Made by a program: the position numbers and the translations under genes. The notes under the pieces are model-generated. The model made no database searches, was not told the DNA's origin, and was given only the letters and a program-made list of their open reading frames with translations. Positions 58,970 to 64,000 of a stretch of 64,000 bases of DNA are shown here, piece by piece (positions within the stretch are counted from its first letter, which is position 1; every line of letters begins with the position of its first letter). The stretch lies in IMG/VR virus record IMGVR_UViG_3300044611_001420. One strand, given 5' to 3'. The DNA is from a virus.

Positions 58970-60103
58970 ATGCCTACAAAATCTAACATTATGACTGACC
59001 AAGCAATCTCTATTCTGAAAGAAAAGTTTGGCACCGAGTTTGGTGTCGATGCTGTAAAAGAAGTGGCAGCAGAACTGGGCACTTCGTATGCGACTCTTTC
59101 TAAGTATCTGAATCAATACAAGACTGGTCGTGGTAAATGGAATCTGGAGGCAACTGTGCAAGAACTTGAAGAAACTTACAACTCTCCTGCTGCAGAAGGT
59201 TCCGATACGGTTCCTGGTGTGGCAACTATGAATTCTGTTGTTCAAAATCTTATTCCTAAAAAAGATGATACCTTCGTCAGCTTTGGTAATTTCTCTGATA
59301 TTAAGAAAGTTATTCAGTCTGGTCTATTCTATCCTGCTTTCATCACTGGGCTTTCTGGTAATGGTAAAACTTTTGGTGTTGAGCAATCTTGTGCCCAACT
59401 GAAACGAGAACTTATTCGTGTTAATATCACGATTGAGACTGATGAGGATGACCTGATTGGTGGTTTCCGACTCGTCAATGGGGAAACCGTGTGGCACAAT
59501 GGTCCTGTTGTGGAAGCAATGGAACGTGGTGCAATTCTTCTGCTTGATGAGATTGACCTGGCATCTAATAAGATTATGTGTCTGCAATCTGTCCTGGAAG
59601 GCAAAGGTGTCTTTCTGAAGAAAATTGGTAAGCACGTTGTTCCTAAAGCAGGATTCAATGTGATTGCAACTGCAAATACCAAAGGTAAGGGTTCTGATGA
59701 TGGACGTTTCATTGGCACCAATGTTCTCAATGAGGCATTTCTAGAACGATTCCCAATTACCTTTGAGCAGGATTATCCTACTCTTGCAACGGAAACCAAA
59801 ATTTTGACAAAGGTGGCAGAATCACTTAACATTCCTATGATTGGTGAGCATACTGATTTCATCAAGCATCTCTGTACTTGGTCTGAGATTATTCGTAAGA
59901 CCTTTACTGATGGTGGTATTGATGAAGTAATTTCTACTCGTCGTCTGGTTCATATTATCAAAGCATATTCTATCTTTGGTAAGAAAGACAAAGCACTAAA
60001 AGTTTGTCTGAATCGTTTTGATGATGAGACTAAAAGTACCTTTGTTGAACTTTACGACAAGATTGATGCTGAATTTCAGCAAAATAAAACAGAAGAGGGG
60101 TGA
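58970..60103 (+). CDS. cobS: CobS/MoxR-like AAA+ ATPase
   Basis: Walker A GLSGNGKT, Walker B LLLDEID, ATANTKG, NEAFLERF, STRRL. Confidence 0.9.
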   Translation: MPTKSNIMTDQAISILKEKFGTEFGVDAVKEVAAELGTSYATLSKYLNQYKTGRGKWNLEATVQELEETYNSPAAEGSDTVPGVATMNSVVQNLIPKKDDTFVSFGNFSDIKKVIQSGLFYPAFITGLSGNGKTFGVEQSCAQLKRELIRVNITIETDEDDLIGGFRLVNGETVWHNGPVVEAMERGAILLLDEIDLASNKIMCLQSVLEGKGVFLKKIGKHVVPKAGFNVIATANTKGKGSDDGRFIGTNVLNEAFLERFPITFEQDYPTLATETKILTKVAESLNIPMIGEHTDFIKHLCTWSEIIRKTFTDGGIDEVISTRRLVHIIKAYSIFGKKDKALKVCLNRFDDETKSTFVELYDKIDAEFQQNKTEEG

Positions 60104-60119
60104 AACTCCCCTTTTCTTT
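60091..60119 (+). terminator. Intrinsic terminator
   Basis: AGAAGAGGGG-TGAAACT-CCCCTTTTCT. Confidence 0.7.
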
Positions 60120-60158
60120 GATATATAAGAACAAGTCCTCTACCCCTATTGATTTTCT

Positions 60159-60287
60159 ATGACTTCAATTTTTTTGGAAAAAGATTCGGACACAATTTAC
60201 GAAGAATTTCAAGATACAACTGAAGACACTCAAGAGGAAGAATATAGAGAGGATAGGTTGGATCAAATGATTTCTAAGTACGGTTGA
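60159..60287 (+). CDS. 42-aa acidic hypothetical protein, absent from ORF track
   Basis: MTSIFLEKDSDTIYEEFQDTTEDTQEEEYREDRLDQMISKYG. Confidence 0.55.
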   Translation: MTSIFLEKDSDTIYEEFQDTTEDTQEEEYREDRLDQMISKYG

Positions 60288-60298
60288 TATGAGGTCTT

Positions 60299-60439
60299 AT
60301 GATTCAAAATATGGAACAAATTATCAAAAAAGAACATATTGAAGAGCTTGAAAATTTTGCTAATTATTTGGGAGTTGATTTTGAAGATTACATAGAGTAT
60401 CTTCATCCAGATGTAGATTTTGATGACTATTCTAGATAA
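60299..60439 (+). CDS. 46-aa acidic hypothetical protein, absent from ORF track
   Basis: GAGGT RBS; MIQNMEQIIKKEHIEELENFANYLGVDFEDY...; next ATG follows after 1 nt. Confidence 0.6.
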   Translation: MIQNMEQIIKKEHIEELENFANYLGVDFEDYIEYLHPDVDFDDYSR

Positions 60440-60440
60440 A

Positions 60441-60611
60441 ATGGAAGAATCACAAATTGATGGGTACATTAGTTCAGATAGAATGTGGGCAGCAGTGCCC
60501 TGGCACAAAAATAAGTATATCTCCATTTATAATGGACAACAAATATGTGTTCATCATTCCCTTGAAACCGCAAAGAAATTCATTCAAAAGGAAACTCGTA
60601 GAAAAAAATGA
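60441..60611 (+). CDS. Hypothetical protein
   Basis: ATG 60441; GYISSD.MWAAVPW...NGQQ. Confidence 0.65.
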   Translation: MEESQIDGYISSDRMWAAVPWHKNKYISIYNGQQICVHHSLETAKKFIQKETRRKK

Positions 60612-60871
60612 TTAGTGCAATTGAAACCTTTCAACAAAACGAAAATCACATCTATGTTCGTGGTATTGTGGAAGATATGGTGGAAGTATATCCTCCGACT
60701 CTTTATGACCCACCAGAATATGGTCCAGCACTTTGTGAAGCAAGTTTTGAATTGGATGAAGATGAAGTTCTTCCTGAAGGTGAAGATGCTTTGCTTGATT
60801 ATCTAAATGAACTTTACCTTGATTGGAGGATTATAGATACTAGTGATTATAATCTTGGTTTTACTGAATGA
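60608..60871 (+). CDS. Acidic hypothetical protein
   Basis: VEDMV...T.YDPPEYGPALC; ATGA-coupled at both ends. Confidence 0.7.
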   Translation: MISAIETFQQNENHIYVRGIVEDMVEVYPPTLYDPPEYGPALCEASFELDEDEVLPEGEDALLDYLNELYLDWRIIDTSDYNLGFTE

Positions 60872-61098
60872 CTTCCTACTATTTTTGGTTTGGAATTTTT
60901 ATGTTTGTTGGATACTTGATAGCAACAGATGATAGTGTTGCTTATGCTGTTGTATTAGTATCTAAAATTGTAAAGTTCCAATACGAAAAAACAAAGTGGT
61001 GGATACTCCATAATCCTGCAAATCCAATTGTGAAGTACCTAATATGGCGTCGTGCATTAAGACTTGCGAAGGAACTTGAAAAAGAATTCAAGAAGTGA
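60868..61098 (+). CDS. Small membrane protein
   Basis: Hydrophobic N-terminus; WWILHNP.NPIVKY. Confidence 0.7.
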   Translation: MTSYYFWFGIFMFVGYLIATDDSVAYAVVLVSKIVKFQYEKTKWWILHNPANPIVKYLIWRRALRLAKELEKEFKK

Positions 61099-61130
61099 TA
61101 TAATTAGTATTGTGTTTATTCGCACACATT

Positions 61131-61361
61131 ATGGCTAGAACTCATCGCAATCTTGAAGGAATGCATAGGGGAGCACTTCGTTTTCCACATACCTTCAACG
61201 AAATTAAACAGTTGGATGGAATCTTACACGAAGAAGACTTGGAGGGTCTTCCAGTTTCTGGATTGAATCATATGAAAGCACGAGAGCACCAGTTGCCGAC
61301 TGCTTGGGATGATAGAGTTGTAAGTGGGTATTATCAAGAAGATTATGAAACAGACACCTAA
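61131..61361 (+). CDS. Hypothetical protein
   Basis: MARTHR...LR.PHTFNE...LPTAWDD; ATG at 61131. Confidence 0.65.
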   Translation: MARTHRNLEGMHRGALRFPHTFNEIKQLDGILHEEDLEGLPVSGLNHMKAREHQLPTAWDDRVVSGYYQEDYETDT

Positions 61362-61408
61362 TTAAGTGTCCTTCACCCTTTCCCAAGAACGGGGAAGGGT
61401 GTTATAAT
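61352..61408 (+). promoter_or_regulatory. Dyad-box / extended -10 promoter
   Basis: AGACACCT-AATT-AAGTGTCC, 31 nt (containing an 11-bp hairpin), TGt-TATAAT (61403-61408). Confidence 0.7.
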
Positions 61409-61431
61409 ATGGAGAGAACACAGGAGCATCT

Positions 61432-61554
61432 ATGACCGAGGAACATCCCACCCACGAAGAAATGTTGGAAATCGCAGCACAACGAGAAGCAGAAAACAAA
61501 GAGCAAAAAGAAGAACAACAAAACACAGAAAACCTTGTTATTCATACACTCTAA
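61432..61554 (+). CDS. 40-aa hypothetical protein, absent from ORF track
   Basis: AGGAG RBS; MTEEHPTHEEMLEIAAQRE...; TAATG-coupled to the next gene. Confidence 0.65.
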   Translation: MTEEHPTHEEMLEIAAQREAENKEQKEEQQNTENLVIHTL

Positions 61555-61802
61555 TGGCATCCAAAAAAGAAGAAACAAAACCAGATTTTCCTCATATACA
61601 GTTTCCTATTCTTGTTATACATAAAGATGGAAAAGAATTGAAAGACACTAAAAAGTGTTATTTTCAAAATATGAATCACGCAGAGAAATACATCTCTAAG
61701 TGCAATTTCAAACAAAAAGATTATCAACTATTCATTAAACCTGGAACAAATGTGGAGACTGTGGTGCAAGGCACTGGGAGAAAAAGTAGGAAAAAACAAT
61801 AA
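61554..61802 (+). CDS. Basic hypothetical protein
   Basis: FP..QFP...HKDGKELKDTKKCYFQ..HAEKY. Confidence 0.65.
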   Translation: MASKKEETKPDFPHIQFPILVIHKDGKELKDTKKCYFQNMNHAEKYISKCNFKQKDYQLFIKPGTNVETVVQGTGRKSRKKQ

Positions 61803-61956
61803 AGAGGCAGATAAGATTGCACTAATTAGAACAATTCTGTTCGCAACCTATTTGATTACTAATTTATTCATATGTGCTGGTGTAATTCGTCATTGGAATG
61901 ACAGCACAGAAATTTATATTCAAGTTGATGAAGTTAAAAGTGGAACAACTTTATGA
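61750..61956 (+). CDS. Small membrane protein
   Basis: MWRLWCKALGEK...ADKIA.IRT, a hydrophobic segment, then RHW. Confidence 0.6.
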   Translation: MWRLWCKALGEKVGKNNKEADKIALIRTILFATYLITNLFICAGVIRHWNDSTEIYIQVDEVKSGTTL

Positions 61957-62149
61957 TGATTGCTTTTATGTAAAGCAAATGAAATGGGGAACTTGGGACA
62001 GTTACGATAAAGATGGCAGACCAATTATTACTTCATTGACTGAAGATAATTGTGTTAGGGCAACAAGACAATACTTGAAGTGGAAACAAGAAGGTATCCT
62101 AAATGATGTAGGAGTTTCCTACGAGGGCACAGTAGGTGGAAAACTTTAA
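61898..62149 (+). CDS. Hypothetical protein (start may be ATG 61928)
   Basis: DD.FYV...WGTW.S.DK.G...ITSLTE..C..ATR.YLK...Y.G.VGGKL. Confidence 0.65.
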   Translation: MTAQKFIFKLMKLKVEQLYDDCFYVKQMKWGTWDSYDKDGRPIITSLTEDNCVRATRQYLKWKQEGILNDVGVSYEGTVGGKL

Positions 62150-62345
62150 ACATGGAGATAAAGTAATTTACATTGGTTGTACTCAAGAACAAATTAATTG
62201 GGGGACCAATGATGATCCAAGAAAAATCTTATTTGAAAATACTGTGTATTACGTAGAAAAAGTCAACGTTCGTTCTCAACATACAAAATTGACTTTAAGG
62301 GGGGTTTGTGGTAATTTTAATAGTGTCTGCTTTAGGAAAATATGA
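62136..62345 (+). CDS. Hypothetical protein
   Basis: GD.V.YIGCT.EQI.WG.NDDP...HTK...FNSVCF. Confidence 0.65.
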   Translation: MENFKHGDKVIYIGCTQEQINWGTNDDPRKILFENTVYYVEKVNVRSQHTKLTLRGVCGNFNSVCFRKI

Positions 62346-62479
62346 CTAAAAGAACTTATACGCAAAAAGATGGAACAATTTGGGAATGGAACGAAACTGC
62401 AGAACTTTCTAAGTTCATTAAACAACTACACACAAAAGAGCCAATTCCCCCAATTAGACCCAACAACACCGTGGTTTGA
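62342..62479 (+). CDS. 45-aa hypothetical protein, absent from ORF track
   Basis: ATGA-coupled; MTKRTYTQKDGTIWEWNET... Confidence 0.5.
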   Translation: MTKRTYTQKDGTIWEWNETAELSKFIKQLHTKEPIPPIRPNNTVV

Positions 62480-62582
62480 ATTTAATAGTTACATTGAATG
62501 TTGTAACAGTTTGGGAAGACCAGTAAGAGTTGGTGGGTTTATGAGGTATCAAGCATATCTTAAAGAAATAGGAGTAATATGA
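62370..62582 (+). CDS. Hypothetical protein (true start uncertain)
   Basis: LDPTTPW.EF..Y.E.C..L...FMRY..YLK; ATGA-coupled to the next gene. Confidence 0.5.
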   Translation: MEQFGNGTKLQNFLSSLNNYTQKSQFPQLDPTTPWFEFNSYIECCNSLGRPVRVGGFMRYQAYLKEIGVI

Positions 62583-62806
62583 GTGATTCTTATTGGTTTA
62601 ATAAAAAATGGGGTCTTAAACAGAATACTCCTATGGATGATGTTTATGAACGTTTAACTCAACTTGAAAATGAAGTCAACAAACTAAAAGAAGAAAATAT
62701 AGAATTGACAAATTCGTTGTATGAGGTTGAACACAGATTACAAGCAAAGATTGACAATATTCATCCAGTAACCTACAATTTAAGTAATTATACTCTAGAC
62801 AAATGA
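62579..62806 (+). CDS. Coiled-coil hypothetical protein
   Basis: Heptad segment [28 protein letters not shown]. Confidence 0.7.
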   Translation: MSDSYWFNKKWGLKQNTPMDDVYERLTQLENEVNKLKEENIELTNSLYEVEHRLQAKIDNIHPVTYNLSNYTLDK

Positions 62807-63093
62807 CTTTTAATGTAACTCTCCGTTCCGCTGACGGAACCGAACAAACTATTCAATGCCCCGAAGACCAATACATTCTTGATGCTGCCGAATACGCAGG
62901 CATCGACCTTCCTTCGTCCTGCCGTGCTGGTGCTTGCTCTGCTTGCGTTGGTAAAGTTGTGGAAGGTGAAGTGGATAATTCCGAACAATCCTTCCTTGAT
63001 GATGACCAAATGAATGAGGGGTTCTCTATGCTTTGTGTTGCATATCCTCTGAGCGATTGTGTGATTGAAACAGAGCAAGAGGAGAATCTCTGA
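62803..63093 (+). CDS. petF: Plant-type [2Fe-2S] ferredoxin (auxiliary metabolic gene)
   Basis: [24 protein letters not shown]...QSFLDDDQ...LCVAYP.SDC.I.T..EE.L. Confidence 0.95.
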   Translation: MTFNVTLRSADGTEQTIQCPEDQYILDAAEYAGIDLPSSCRAGACSACVGKVVEGEVDNSEQSFLDDDQMNEGFSMLCVAYPLSDCVIETEQEENL

Positions 63094-63293
63094 TGTACAA
63101 TGACCTCACAGAATATGAACGGGCACTCGCACGATTTGGTGATAAAGTTGGACTCATTGCAGGACTTGAAATTGCAGATAAAATCTCACCAGAGGATGCT
63201 TATCAACAAATTCGTATCCTCTTTAAAGAACTTAAGAAACTTCGTAAAGTTGAAAAGAAATCTTGGGAATCTGATATTCATATTGATATGTGA
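63093..63293 (+). CDS. Small conserved-looking hypothetical protein
   Basis: L..FGDKV..I.GLE...KISPEDAYQQI..L.KELKK. Confidence 0.7.
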   Translation: MYNDLTEYERALARFGDKVGLIAGLEIADKISPEDAYQQIRILFKELKKLRKVEKKSWESDIHIDM

Positions 63294-63451
63294 TGGAAGA
63301 TACTCTAAAAATCACTCAAAATGAAGATGGGTCTTATACAGTAGATTGGTCTCCAGATGATCCCAAATGGAAGTTTATGAATAATCTTACTAGTAAAGAG
63401 GTGCAGATTATTATTGAGCAAGCGATTCAAGATTATCTTGCCAATAAATAA
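63293..63451 (+). CDS. 52-aa hypothetical protein, absent from ORF track
   Basis: TGATG-coupled; MEDTLKITQNEDGSYTVDWSPDDPKWKFMN... Confidence 0.65.
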   Translation: MEDTLKITQNEDGSYTVDWSPDDPKWKFMNNLTSKEVQIIIEQAIQDYLANK

Positions 63452-63453
63452 TA

Positions 63454-63512
63454 TTGCTTTTGTTTGTGGTTATTCAGAAGCAAAGAGTGGGAGCAGAAAT
63501 GCTCCTTTTCTT
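63454..63512 (+). ncRNA. Putative ~60-nt RNA or leader element complementary to the downstream nuclease 5' UTR
   Basis: AATAAATA (63443-63450); hairpin TTGCTTTTG/CAGAAGCAA; terminator GGAGCA-GAAA-TGCTCC-TTTTCTT; 63455-63470 complements 63527-63543. Confidence 0.5.
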
Positions 63513-63513
63513 G

Positions 63514-63521
63514 TATAAATA
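63514..63521 (+). promoter_or_regulatory. T4-type late promoter
   Basis: Exact TATAAATA. Confidence 0.75.
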
Positions 63522-63544
63522 CTATTACCACAAACAAAAAGCAG

Positions 63545-64000
63545 ATGGAATACTACACTTACGCTTATTTGCGTGAAGATGGCACACCTTATTATATTGG
63601 TAAGGGGAAGGGTAATAGAATGTATAAAAAAGGAAAGGGTGAAGTTTATCCACCAAAAAATAAAGGTAAAATAATTAAATTAAAACAAAATCTAACTGAA
63701 AAAGAGGCATTTAAGCACGAAAAGTATATGATTTCCGTGTTTGGTAGAAAGGATTTAGGGACTGGTATTTTAAGAAACAAAACTGGTGGTGGAGATGGAC
63801 CTTCTGGTTATATTATGAGTGAGGAGCAAAAAATGCTTTTAAGTAGGATACACTCTGGTAAAAATCTTACAGAAGAACATAGAAAAAAAATAAGTGAAGC
63901 AAATAAAAGACGAGATGCTGGAAAATATAAAAGAACTCCAGAAACTTTGTTAAAGATGAAAAATTCCAGAAAACTTATCAAGTATTACTTAAAACATAAG
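63545..64000 (+). mobile_element. Second GIY-YIG-like homing endonuclease (runs off the window)
   Basis: MEYYTYAYLREDGTPYYIGKG.GNR...EAFKHE...LRNKTGGGDG...GKNLTEEHRKKIS. Confidence 0.8.

Noticed and set aside
55815-60103. Cobalamin biosynthesis (cobaltochelatase) function
   Set aside because: No cobN or other cob genes in the window; a MoxR-type AAA+/VWA chaperone-like role is more defensible.
54995-63470. TGTGGT in hairpin loops of both putative sRNAs, and an RNA-guided nuclease idea
   Set aside because: A six-base match is within chance, the RNAs share no other similarity, and the nucleases carry ordinary protein DNA-binding repeats.
1-64000. tRNA, rRNA, introns, inteins, integrase or IS elements
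   Set aside because: No cloverleaf, splice or transposase motifs noticed by eye; a tRNAscan/Infernal run would be needed to exclude them.

Overview
AT-rich DNA, coded almost entirely on the + strand, from a large T4-like cyanophage (probably freshwater). The call rests on a plant-type ferredoxin, a cobS-like AAA+/VWA-peptidase pair, T4-type late promoters (TATAAATA) and cyanophage-type fibre proteins. Layout: (1) 1-39.5 kb, virion fibre/structural genes, including four proteins with long, almost proline-free Gly-Thr-Gln collagen-like tracts, a thrice-repeated three-gene cassette, an S74-chaperoned fibre and a 2510-aa collar-domain protein. (2) 39.6-54.9 kb, an island where three 12-blade Kelch-like proteins (fixed frameworks, variable loops) are interleaved with glycosyltransferases, a sulfotransferase, 2OG-Fe(II) oxygenases and an FkbM methyltransferase. 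(3) 54.9-64 kb, an early/accessory region. Main non-coding signals: a probable structured ~97-nt sRNA with its own promoter and terminator; a putative sRNA complementary to the leader of a GIY-YIG-like nuclease; three promoters lacking a -35 that carry a dyad box exactly 31 nt upstream of an extended -10; and a shared C(GNA)G palindrome at the VWA and cobS promoters. All family calls come from reading motifs by eye; no searches were run.
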